NCBI GenBank assembly: GCA_963749915.1 | Contig: CAVVOP010000032.1 | Location: forward strand, 32,001 to 96,000 | Length of the DNA: 64,000 nt | From: an uncultured cyanobacterium | GTDB taxonomy: Bacteria; Cyanobacteriota; Cyanobacteriia; Cyanobacteriales; Cyanobacteriaceae | Direction: 5' to 3' | Part shown: positions 30,038-39,175 of the stretch, one piece after another | Numbering within the stretch: the first letter of the stretch is position 1 | Layout: each line of letters begins with the position of its first letter | Position numbers and translations under genes: made by a program | The notes under the pieces: model-generated | The model's input: only the letters and a program-made list of their open reading frames with translations | What the model was told of the DNA's origin: nothing | The model's database searches: none

Positions 30038-30243
30038 GAGCTTTGCTCCTTTCGTATTTTCTATTTTAACTATACACTCATTTTTAGGAAAATTGTATAG
30101 TCATTTGTACTTGATTTAACGCTTAAATATTTATACTTAAGCGTTTTTAAAACTACTATGTAAGTTCATAGGGATACTTCTTGTTAAATTATTTCCTCAG
30201 TCCAAAACTATAATTAAAATTACTGATAAGGCATAGTTCCTTA

Positions 30244-30262
30244 GGGTGAGAAATTCTCACCC
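30244..30262 (-). terminator. Hairpin downstream of ileS
   Basis: GGGTGAGA-AAT-TCTCACCC perfect stem, 11 nt after the ileS stop codon. Confidence 0.5.
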
Positions 30263-30273
30263 CGAAATCATTG

Positions 30274-33200
30274 TCAAAAATTACCCGCCAATGCTTGCTT
30301 ACACCTGTCGCAAATTAAAGGTTCATTGGCAAAACTACCTACACTCAGAGAATAATTCCAACAACGATCGCATTTATGACCATCAGCCGGTAAAATGGCA
30401 ACTTTAAGATTAGTATCATTAAGCTGAATTTCTCCTTGATATTTACTTGTACTTAATGCCGATTCATCGGTTACTAATTCTACTTGTGATACTAAAAGCA
30501 GATATCGCAATTCATCAACTTTATTACCGTCATTAATGCTCTCAGCAGGATTCAAGTTCGTCAACATTTCCTTTAATTTGCCTTGAGTGTCATACATCAC
30601 GACTTTAGCTTCTAAGGATGCACCGATAAGTTTTTGATTACGAGCATCATCTAAAATTTTATTAACCCCTGTGCGAATCTTTCGTAATTCTGCCCATTTT
30701 GATAGTAAATCAGGGTTTTGCACCCACTCAGGGTTTAATTTGACCCAACCTGCCTCAAACACCGATTTAAAGGGCTTTTCATAGGGCAGATTTTGCCAAA
30801 TATCCTCTGCCATATGACACAAAACAGGTGCGATCGCCCTTACTAAATTTTCTAAGATAATAGCCATAACAGTTTGACAACTGCGACGACGGGGAGAATT
30901 GAGATCGGAAATATAAAGGCGATCTTTAGCAATATCTAGATAAAAATTAGATAAATCAACTACGCAGAAATTTTGTATTTTTTGAAAAAATTTAAAAAAT
31001 TGAAAGTGTTCAAATGCTTCCGTAATTTCACTAAAAACTAGGTGAGTTTCTTGTAAAATATACTTATCTAATTCAGGTAAATTTTCATAAATAACTACAT
31101 TTTCAGTAGGGTTAAAATCATGTAAATTACCAATTAAAAAACGAGCAGTATTGCGAATTTTACGGTAGACATCTGCTAATTGTTTGATAATACTTTCACC
31201 AACGCGGACATCACCAGTATAGTCGGTAGAAGACACCCACAATCTCAATACATCAGCACCGTAAGCAGGTTGTTGTTTTTGATTTTTACCACCATTGATA
31301 ATGAGATTCGGATCAAAAACATTACCAAGAGACTTACTCATCTTCATGCCCTTCTCATCTAAGACAAAACCATGAGTTAAGACAGTTTTATAAGGAGCAA
31401 TACCGTTCACTGCTACACTAGTTAAGAGACTCGATTGAAACCAACCCCGATGTTGATCCGAACCTTCTAAATATAAATCAACCGGATATTTCAACTCCTC
31501 TCTCTGCTTGGCAACCGCCGCCCAAGATGAACCAGAATCGAACCATACGTCCATAGTATCCATGCCTTTGCGATAGACTTTGCCGTTGTTGCCGTAACTT
31601 TCGGGCAATAATTCCTCCACGGACAATTCCCACCAGGCATCAGAGCCTTTTTCCCTGATAATATCTTTAACGTGATTGATGGTTTCTTCATTTAATAAAG
31701 GTTCGTTTGTTTCCTCATCATAAAACACCGGAATCGGTAAACCCCAACTGCGTTGACGAGAAATACACCAGTCACTGCGATCGCTAACCATTGGCGTAAT
31801 ACGGTTTTCGCCCTGGGGAGGAATCCAAGTTACATCTTTTATGGCTTTCAATGCCGCCTCACGAAAACCATCCACCGAAGCGAACCATTGTTCAGTTGCA
31901 CGGAAAATTGTCGGTTTTTTAGTACGCCAATCGTAGGGATATTTATGGACGTAGGCTTCTTCCCCCAGTAAGCTATTTTTAGCGATTAAAGCGTCAATAA
32001 TTGCCTGATTAGCGTCTTTTAAAACATTTAAACCCTTAAATTCTCCTGCTTCCTCCGTAAAATTTCCTCTATCATCGACAGGGGATAAAATAGGTAAATG
32101 ATATTTTTGTCCTGTAATATAGTCTTCTTGACCATGCCCGGGGGCAGTATGTACTAAACCTGTACCCGATTCCGTTGTAATATAATCACCGCCGATCACT
32201 ACGGGACTTTCTCTGTCAAATAAAGGGTGACCATAGGTAGATAATTCCAAATCTGCACCCTTGATGGTGGTTTTCACGGTCAAATTCAGGCCCAAAGTAT
32301 TGCTCAAACTTTCCACTAAATCCTGTGCCACGATAAGATATCTCATCAGTTCCTGCCCTTTTCCCACTGGCAGAGAAGATGATTTAGTAGAAGTATTACC
32401 GCTATCTAAATCTAGTTTGGACTGTTTAGTACTTTGTTCCAGTTCTTTTATGGTTAAACTTTGTTGTATTAAGAATTCTTTGATCTTAATAGGGGTAGCA
32501 TTCCATTCTTCCGCAGAAAGATCGAAAGGCATAATCTCAACCACTGCATAGGTTAAGTTCCCATTAACTGCCACAGCTAAATTACCCGGAATTGTCCAGG
32601 GAGTTGTCGTCCAGATAGCAACGGCCAAATTAGGCATAAATTCTGCTAATTTTTCGGCTTTTTTGCCTAATTTAGTAATGGTAAAAGCGGCGTAAATACT
32701 TTGGGACGTATGCCCTTCCGGGTATTCTAACTCAGCCTCCGCCAAAGCAGTTTGTGAACTGGGACTCCAATGGACAGGTTTTAAACCTCGATAGATATAA
32801 CCTTTCAGTGCCATTTGTCCGAAAACTTCAATCTGTGCGGCTTCATATTCAGGATTGAGGGTTAAATAGGGGTTTTCCCAGTCTCCCCAGATACCATAAC
32901 GTTTAAAGCCTTTTGCTTGTTCTTGTTGGGCTTTGAGGGCGAAATCACGGGCTTTGTGACGCAATGTGATGGGAGTTAAACCTTCTCTTTCTTTCGACTT
33001 CAAACTTTGTAATACTTTAAGCTCGATGGGCAACCCGTGACAATCCCACCCCGGAACATAACGCACCTTATGACCTTGTAATGATTTATATTTATTAATA
33101 ATATCTTTAAGAACTTTATTGAGGGCATGACCCATATGTAAGCTACCATTGGCGTAAGGAGGCCCATCGTGGAGAATAAACAAGTCTTGAGGATTATTTT

Positions 33201-33339
33201 CAGCTAATTGCTCATAAATCTGAGTTTCTTGCCAAAATTTCTGCAATTCAGGCTCTCTTTTCACCGCATTAGCTCTCATATCAAAGGTAGTTTGCGGTAA
33301 ATTAACGGTATCTTTATAACTTTTGTGTTCAGTCACCAT
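30274..33339 (-). CDS. ileS: Isoleucine--tRNA ligase with an approximately 60-aa insertion in the editing domain
   Basis: HDGPPYANG, HMGH, WTTTPWT, GTGLVH, KMSKS and C-terminal Zn finger CDRC...CDRC. Confidence 0.98.
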   Translation of the reverse strand: MVTEHKSYKDTVNLPQTTFDMRANAVKREPELQKFWQETQIYEQLAENNPQDLFILHDGPPYANGSLHMGHALNKVLKDIINKYKSLQGHKVRYVPGWDCHGLPIELKVLQSLKSKEREGLTPITLRHKARDFALKAQQEQAKGFKRYGIWGDWENPYLTLNPEYEAAQIEVFGQMALKGYIYRGLKPVHWSPSSQTALAEAELEYPEGHTSQSIYAAFTITKLGKKAEKLAEFMPNLAVAIWTTTPWTIPGNLAVAVNGNLTYAVVEIMPFDLSAEEWNATPIKIKEFLIQQSLTIKELEQSTKQSKLDLDSGNTSTKSSSLPVGKGQELMRYLIVAQDLVESLSNTLGLNLTVKTTIKGADLELSTYGHPLFDRESPVVIGGDYITTESGTGLVHTAPGHGQEDYITGQKYHLPILSPVDDRGNFTEEAGEFKGLNVLKDANQAIIDALIAKNSLLGEEAYVHKYPYDWRTKKPTIFRATEQWFASVDGFREAALKAIKDVTWIPPQGENRITPMVSDRSDWCISRQRSWGLPIPVFYDEETNEPLLNEETINHVKDIIREKGSDAWWELSVEELLPESYGNNGKVYRKGMDTMDVWFDSGSSWAAVAKQREELKYPVDLYLEGSDQHRGWFQSSLLTSVAVNGIAPYKTVLTHGFVLDEKGMKMSKSLGNVFDPNLIINGGKNQKQQPAYGADVLRLWVSSTDYTGDVRVGESIIKQLADVYRKIRNTARFLIGNLHDFNPTENVVIYENLPELDKYILQETHLVFSEITEAFEHFQFFKFFQKIQNFCVVDLSNFYLDIAKDRLYISDLNSPRRRSCQTVMAIILENLVRAIAPVLCHMAEDIWQNLPYEKPFKSVFEAGWVKLNPEWVQNPDLLSKWAELRKIRTGVNKILDDARNQKLIGASLEAKVVMYDTQGKLKEMLTNLNPAESINDGNKVDELRYLLLVSQVELVTDESALSTSKYQGEIQLNDTNLKVAILPADGHKCDRCWNYSLSVGSFANEPLICDRCKQALAGNF

Positions 33340-33554
33340 CGCACTCTTCTTTTACTCTAGAATTTTCTCTTTATGTGATTGATTGTATCGTTAATAGGGT
33401 TTATTGCCGAATTATAGTTAGTGCATGAGATTTATAAAGTTCCTTGAAGACTTTTTGTCGTAGTCTTTATTATTTTTGTGAGAATTAATGGTAATTTTCC
33501 TTTTTTAAGATTACCATTTTTATAAAATACATCCTAAAAAAAGGGGCTTGCATT

Positions 33555-34256
33555 ATGCTTAAAAAATTATCTCTAGGGTCATCTATGCTCCTGTCACTTG
33601 CAGTAATAAACGGAGGTGTAAGTCATGCCGTAAGTATAATTGATACAACTACAGATTGGAATGGGTTGGAGTCTATTTCCCCATTTGGTGAAACCGATAC
33701 GGCAACATATGGTCAAACTTTTACTGTAGGAACTGAGACGACTCTTTATAACTTTTCCTTTTTCCTTGACGGTGAGAATGATCCCGGTGTCGTAGATTTT
33801 GCTGGTTATGTAATGGAGTGGAATGGAAGTGAGAGTAAAGCAACGGGTAGTATTCTTTATCAAAGTGGGCCACTCTCCACCAATGCCAATGATGTGGGCT
33901 TTGAGGAGTTCCAGTTTGACACTGGGGGAATTAACTTAACCCAAGGGAAGCAATACGTCGCTTTTTTAAGTGCTTCTGATTTTTTTGATGGTACAGCAGG
34001 AACATCTAAGGTGGGGGCCAGATTAACTGACGTATATGATGGGGGAGGATTCTTTTATTCTAACAATGAAAATGATTTTAGTCTCTTAACTACGAACTCT
34101 TGGGACTTTGGCGGAGAAAACGTGGTTGGTTTTTCTGATCTAGCTTTTAAAGCCTCTTTTTCTCCTTCTGTTGAACCTGTCCCCGAACCCGTTACCATTT
34201 TAGGAACTTTTGTGGCGGGGGCGTTGGGAATAGCATTTAAACGAAAATCCGCTTAA
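33555..34256 (+). CDS. PEP-CTERM sorting-domain surface protein
   Basis: Signal peptide and C-terminal VPEPVTILGTFVAGALG..KRK. Confidence 0.92.
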   Translation: MLKKLSLGSSMLLSLAVINGGVSHAVSIIDTTTDWNGLESISPFGETDTATYGQTFTVGTETTLYNFSFFLDGENDPGVVDFAGYVMEWNGSESKATGSILYQSGPLSTNANDVGFEEFQFDTGGINLTQGKQYVAFLSASDFFDGTAGTSKVGARLTDVYDGGGFFYSNNENDFSLLTTNSWDFGGENVVGFSDLAFKASFSPSVEPVPEPVTILGTFVAGALGIAFKRKSA

Positions 34257-34387
34257 TTTTACTCCTGTTTTATTACCCACAGTTCAAGACACGAAACCCA
34301 ATATTCTCAAGATATTTCCTATCTTTGTTTTTGGGTTTTAACTACTTTTAAAATTAAGAATTAAGAAACAGTTTAATTCTACATTTT

Positions 34388-34420
34388 AAATTCTAAATTC
34401 TAAATTCTAAATTCTAAATT
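34388..34420 (+). repeat. STRR heptamer tandem repeat (TAAATTC)4+
   Basis: Read directly. It is followed at about 34436-34461 by a CAATACT-type terminus on the minus strand. Confidence 0.8.
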
Positions 34421-34487
34421 ACCCTCATCAAATTGTTTTCGGGCTTAACCGAGAAGTATTGAACAAAATCGTTGAGCGCACGCATCC

Positions 34488-34730
34488 TTATTCTGGCTTT
34501 TCTTGGTTCTGTACATATCCTATAAGTCGTTCTAAAGGAGCTTGTGCGCCCACGCTAATAATAGCATAACTACCCGACCAGAATTGAGGTTTAGACCCCC
34601 AATAAAACTGAGATAAATGTTCAGAATACTCAGAACGTAAACGACGAGAAGTAACAGTTTTTATATTATTGACTAATTTAGAAAGCTCTACAGAAGGATG
34701 AGTTTCAAACAATAAGTGAATATGGTATGA
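34488..34730 (-). pseudogene. tnpA: IS200/IS605 Y1 transposase TnpA, C-terminal half only
   Basis: The frame reads SYHIHLLFETHP (HUH motif)...KTVTSRRLR...FWSGSY...YVQNQ, with a stop immediately upstream of the HUH motif. Confidence 0.88.
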
Positions 34731-34756
34731 TCAAGTCAATAAGCTTCGAGCCAGTC

Positions 34757-36172
34757 ATGGGTAAGTCTAAAGCCAAGGGTAAAACTAAAAAGAAAAAGCC
34801 AGACTCTATGATTCGTACAGATGTGTGGAATCTCAAAGTAACATCTGTAGAAAAAAAGCTATTATTGTTGACAGTTACACAATACAGGAAATTCCTAAAG
34901 ACTTTAGTTTTCATGGCTAATGCTGAATGGACAATAATTGGTAATCTTAGCGATCAAGAGAAAGTTAATTATCTAGAAAAATCTATTCATGTAACTAGCA
35001 AAAATACAAATACTAAATATTCATATTATCGAAAAGTTGTTAATAAATATCCATCATTTCGTAAGTTTCCTAGTTACTTAAGAAGAGCAGCCATAGCTGA
35101 TGCTATCGGCATCGTTTCAAGTTTTCAGACTCGTTATAGACAATGGCAATCAGGGATAAGAAAATATAAAAAAGTTAGACCGCCTCGATTAACAGCAATG
35201 TGTCAATCTTATCCTGCCTTATATAAAGGCCAACAAGTTAAATATCATAATGATTATCAAAATGTTGACCTCAAAGTTTGGAACGGTTCAGATTGGGTAT
35301 GGTTAGAAGAAATCCCAGTAAAGGGCCATGGACTTAACCGACATAAAGTGATAGGAAATCAAATTAAATCACCTGCTTTAGTGGTTAATTCTAAGACTTG
35401 TCAGCTTTCAATGCCAGTTAAAGTTAAACCGATAAAAAAGGAGGATTCTGATTATGTTTGTTCTGTAGATTTAGGCATTAATAATGCGGCAACTTGTTCG
35501 ATTGTGGGCGATAACGGTACTGTAAAGGCTCGGAAATTTATCAATCCGGCTAGAGACATAGACCGTCGAAATAAGCGAAGAATGATGATTACTAAAAAGT
35601 CACAGCAAACTCATCACAAAACTGGAAAAAAGTTGGTTAAAGGCTTTTGCCAAGGGCTTTATCGCAAATCAAGTAATATTAATTTAGAGATTTCTCGTAA
35701 AGTTTCTAGAGAAATTATTGAGTTTGCTAAACTTCATAACGTTAAAGTAATTGTCCTTGAGAACTTAGCTCGATGGAAAGCTAAGGGAGGAAAGAAAGGC
35801 ACTTTGATGAGACAAAAGTTTCATTTATGGTGTCATCAAAAAATAGTAGAGATTTTAAGTGACCGATGGGCAGAACTAGGGGGAGATGTGCAAACAGTTA
35901 ACCCTAAATATACCAGTGCTTATGCCTTTGATGGTAGTGGGAAAGTTAAACGGAATAAAAATAATTATTCTTTGTGTGTTTTTCCATCTGGTAAACAATA
36001 TAATGCTGATTTATCCGCTTCATATAATATCGGAGCAAGATATTGGTATTCTGTCTTAATTGGTGATCAGTATTTCTCTAGGGTATTTGTTAGCGAAAGT
36101 CCTACAAATACATTGCGAACACCAATAACCTTAGGGACACTTAGGAGTCTAGAACCTTCCGGGTGCAAGTGA
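34757..36172 (+). CDS. tnpB: RNA-guided endonuclease TnpB
   Basis: RuvC motifs VDLG, IVLENL and NADLSASYNIG are all intact. The ORF can extend to the ATG at 34727. Confidence 0.92.
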   Translation: MGKSKAKGKTKKKKPDSMIRTDVWNLKVTSVEKKLLLLTVTQYRKFLKTLVFMANAEWTIIGNLSDQEKVNYLEKSIHVTSKNTNTKYSYYRKVVNKYPSFRKFPSYLRRAAIADAIGIVSSFQTRYRQWQSGIRKYKKVRPPRLTAMCQSYPALYKGQQVKYHNDYQNVDLKVWNGSDWVWLEEIPVKGHGLNRHKVIGNQIKSPALVVNSKTCQLSMPVKVKPIKKEDSDYVCSVDLGINNAATCSIVGDNGTVKARKFINPARDIDRRNKRRMMITKKSQQTHHKTGKKLVKGFCQGLYRKSSNINLEISRKVSREIIEFAKLHNVKVIVLENLARWKAKGGKKGTLMRQKFHLWCHQKIVEILSDRWAELGGDVQTVNPKYTSAYAFDGSGKVKRNKNNYSLCVFPSGKQYNADLSASYNIGARYWYSVLIGDQYFSRVFVSESPTNTLRTPITLGTLRSLEPSGCK

Positions 36173-36230
36173 ATCCCCAACTATAATTTTTAATTTAGTT
36201 GGGGTGTGTTCAAATACGTCTTAGCTTACA
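36030..36230 (+). ncRNA. Predicted TnpB omega/reRNA (scaffold ending TCAA at 36213, guide ATACGTCTTAGCTTAC...)
   Basis: Inferred from the known architecture in which the reRNA overlaps the tnpB 3' end and the right end. The 5' boundary is a guess. Confidence 0.5.
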
Positions 36231-36269
36231 ATCATTTTCCTTTTATTTTCAACCATTAACTAAATTTTT

Positions 36270-37514
36270 ATGGATAATATTCAAGCTATTAGAGGTACTA
36301 AAGATATTTTGCCGTCGGAGGTGATATACTGGCAATATCTCGAAAAAATCGCTTCGGAAATTTTAGCTAAGGCTAGTTATCAAGAAATTAGAACTCCTAT
36401 TTTTGAGCAAACTCCCCTATTTGAAAGGGGTATCGGGGAAGCCACCGACGTAGTAGGCAAAGAAATGTACACATTTATAGATCGAGGCGATCGCTCTATA
36501 ACATTACGTCCTGAAGGTACGGCAGGAGTAGTGCGTTCTTATATTCAAAATAAATTATTTGCTGGTGGTGGAATTGATAGATTATGGTATTGTGGAGCCA
36601 TGTTTCGTTATGAACGTCCCCAAGCAGGAAGACAACGACAGTTTCATCAAATTGGTTTGGAATTGTTAGGTAGTAGGGCGGCAAGGGCAGATGTTGAAGT
36701 AATTGCCATCGCCTCCGATATATTAAAGGCATTGGGGTTAAAAAACCTCAGTTTGCAGATTAACTCTGTGGGTAGTAAAGAAGACAGACTAAACTATCGA
36801 CAAGCCCTCATAGATTATCTCATCCCCTACAAAAACGACTTAGATAGTGATTCACAGGATAGATTAACCCGTAATCCGTTACGCATTTTAGACAGTAAAG
36901 ATAAAACAACTCAAAAAATCGCTAAAAATGCTCCTAGTATCCTTGATTATCTCAGTGATGATTCCCGAAGCCATTTTGAGCAAGTATGCTGCTTATTGAC
37001 AGATTTAAGTATCCCCTACGAATTAAATCCTCGTCTTGTTAGGGGCTTGGATTATTATACTCACACTGCTTTTGAAATACAATCCGCAGATTTAGGTGCA
37101 CAGGCTACAGTCTGCGGTGGAGGAAGGTATGATGGTTTGGTGTCTCAATTGGGAGGTGTGGAAACTCCTGCTGTGGGTTGGGCCATCGGCATGGAAAGGT
37201 TAATCTTATTGTTAGAACAATTGCAACCTCTTAAACCTCAAACTCCCGATATTTATTTTGTTTCTCGTGGGGAAAAAGCAGAAAATCAAGCCCTTGTCAT
37301 TGCCCAAAATTTACGTCAAGCCGGTTTTAAGGTAGAATTGGACCTCAGTGGTAGTAATTTCGCTAAACAGTTTAAACGTGGCGATCGCAGTGGTGCTAAA
37401 ATCTGTTTAGTTTTGGGAGATAGCGAAGTAGAACAAGGTATAATTCAAGTTAAAAACTTAGCAACCTCAGAACAAAAAACTGTATCTCAAGGAGAGTTAT
37501 TGCAGGTTTTATAG
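36270..37514 (+). CDS. hisS: Histidine--tRNA ligase
   Basis: RGTKD, LRPEGTA, FRYERPQAGRQRQF, RGLDYY and GGGRYDGL. Confidence 0.98.
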   Translation: MDNIQAIRGTKDILPSEVIYWQYLEKIASEILAKASYQEIRTPIFEQTPLFERGIGEATDVVGKEMYTFIDRGDRSITLRPEGTAGVVRSYIQNKLFAGGGIDRLWYCGAMFRYERPQAGRQRQFHQIGLELLGSRAARADVEVIAIASDILKALGLKNLSLQINSVGSKEDRLNYRQALIDYLIPYKNDLDSDSQDRLTRNPLRILDSKDKTTQKIAKNAPSILDYLSDDSRSHFEQVCCLLTDLSIPYELNPRLVRGLDYYTHTAFEIQSADLGAQATVCGGGRYDGLVSQLGGVETPAVGWAIGMERLILLLEQLQPLKPQTPDIYFVSRGEKAENQALVIAQNLRQAGFKVELDLSGSNFAKQFKRGDRSGAKICLVLGDSEVEQGIIQVKNLATSEQKTVSQGELLQVL

Positions 37515-37601
37515 CATCCGCGCAGGAGGTAGAAGGAAAATAGCTAATATTAAAGGGTTTCAGAATTTAGGAATGTCCTAATCATCTCGTTTGTTGCTAT
37601 A
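37510..37601. mobile_element. Degenerate MITE with TATAGCA...TGCTATA termini
   Basis: Terminal inverted 7-mers plus weaker subterminal complementarity. The hisS TAG stop lies inside the left terminus. Confidence 0.5.
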
Positions 37602-37696
37602 TAATCGTAAAGTAAGGTGGTTTATGAAATATAAAGATATCCTACTAATTTCTAATTTCAGAGTGACATTATTTATTACAAATTTATCAGAAAATT

Positions 37697-38023
37697 ATGG
37701 ATAATAACAACGATTGGCTCAAACAGTTACTAATGATTGGGGTTGGTACTACTTCCCTCGCCGCCGAAAAAATTAAGGAAGTAAGCGAGCAATGGGTGAA
37801 AGAGGGTAAAATAAATCCTGATCAGGCTAAAGGTATTGTGGATGATTTGATGCAACAAATTCAATCAGATCAAGGTTATATTCAAGCCCAAATTGAGCGA
37901 CAAATACGCAATATTTTACAAGATTTGGGAGTTCCTAAACAGTCAGAAATGGATGAATTAAGGGGTAGAATTGATCGCTTAGAGCGTCAAATTAGAGATT
38001 TAGAAAACAAATTATGGAGATAA
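37697..38023 (+). CDS. Phasin-like (PHA granule-associated family) coiled-coil protein
   Basis: LLMIGVG..SLAAEK...VKEGKINPDQAK...LGVPKQSEMDELRGRIDRLE. Confidence 0.8.
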   Translation: MDNNNDWLKQLLMIGVGTTSLAAEKIKEVSEQWVKEGKINPDQAKGIVDDLMQQIQSDQGYIQAQIERQIRNILQDLGVPKQSEMDELRGRIDRLERQIRDLENKLWR

Positions 38024-38050
38024 ATAATTAATAATTAATAATTAATAATT
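38023..38050 (+). repeat. STRR heptamer (AATAATT)n
   Basis: Read directly after the stop codon. Confidence 0.7.
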
Positions 38051-38513
38051 TCATATTTCTTAATTATTAATTTTTAGATATTTCTCTAAACTTAAAAATT
38101 ATATCTTCTAATTCATATTGATGTAAAATAAACGCCTCATAATAGATAGTAGAAAGACATTTTCTAAATTGATTAGCAAGTAAAGATTCGTCTAACAATT
38201 TATTAAAAAGTTTTGGAAATCAGACTTTGCCGCTTTAACGGTTTTTTCTGTGTCAGGGAATTTTAAAATCATCCCTTGTGCATTTAAACCTTTAATCAAA
38301 CTTTCCCATTTTTCAAAAGTGAGATTATCGGTGTTAAAATGGCGATCGCATTTTTAAATCACAACAGTCGAGTTAAAAGTTCTCCGGGTTGTAAGTTAAA
38401 TGATTCAATGATGATAGTAAATAATAATTAATAATTGCTGATCATAGACAAATGAGAGTTTGTGATAGACAATTAATAATTGACCTTAATTAAAACAAAA
38501 TACTTTATCTAAA

Positions 38514-39083
38514 ATGAAGCCGATTATATTCAGCATGGGAATTGTCATCATCTGTGCCGGATTTTTGATAATTTCCCTTATTTTTAATAATAGTAAACCA
38601 GAGGCGATCGCTGGGGAAATAGGGACAAACAATGTTACACTAACTCAGAATATATCTGAAAAATCATCTTTGATAGCAGATGCTAGTCAACTTAAACCTA
38701 AAGGAAATATGGACATAGATTTATCAACTGCACAAACTTCTTCCACTGGATTAATGTATATTGAAACCGTCGCCGGAGAAGGAGAAAATCCTCAAAGGGG
38801 GCAAAAAGTTACCGTACATTACACAGGTTACTTAGCTGAAGAAGGGTTTAAAAGAGGCGAAAAGTTTGATAGTTCCCTCGATCGCAATCAACCTTTCACC
38901 TTTACCCTAGGTGTAGGGCAAGTTATCAAAGGATGGGATGAAGGGGTAGCAAATATGAAAGTAGGTACAAAAAGTACTTTAATCATTCCCCCTGACTTAG
39001 GTTATGGTACAAGAGGTGCCGGTGGTGCAATTCCCCCTAACGCCACCCTTATCTTTGACGTGGAATTGTTGGGGATTAAATAA
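38514..39083 (+). CDS. FKBP-type peptidyl-prolyl cis-trans isomerase
   Basis: [27 protein letters not shown] and [13 protein letters not shown]. Confidence 0.95.
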   Translation: MKPIIFSMGIVIICAGFLIISLIFNNSKPEAIAGEIGTNNVTLTQNISEKSSLIADASQLKPKGNMDIDLSTAQTSSTGLMYIETVAGEGENPQRGQKVTVHYTGYLAEEGFKRGEKFDSSLDRNQPFTFTLGVGQVIKGWDEGVANMKVGTKSTLIIPPDLGYGTRGAGGAIPPNATLIFDVELLGIK

Positions 39084-39120
39084 TTAGGAATTAGGGATTA
39101 GGGATTAGAGATTAGAAATT
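39082..39120 (+). repeat. STRR heptamer (AGGGATT-like)n
   Basis: attagga attaggg attaggg attagag attagaa. Confidence 0.75.
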
Positions 39121-39175
39121 AACAAATTTTCTCCTCTTGTCCGTGTCTGATTGTCTCCAAATATTTTCTCCCATC

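Larger units (their letters stand above)
34488..36213 (+). mobile_element. Defective IS200/IS605-family element (divergent tnpA remnant + tnpB, intact right end)
   Basis: The right end GAAT-CCCCAACTA...TAGTTGGGG-TGTGTTCAA has the IS608-like GAAT/hairpin/TCAA layout. I saw no matching left-end hairpin. Confidence 0.85.

Noticed and set aside
36214..36230. TnpB guide partially matching ACGTCTTAG in the adhesin repeats
   Set aside because: Only 9 contiguous nt match and there is no evident TAM, which is compatible with chance.
38100..38415. Broken minus-strand reading frames (…CDRHFNTDNLTFEKWESLIKG…) between the phasin-like and FKBP genes
   Set aside because: This may be a decayed gene, but it has no start codon and no family I can recognise.
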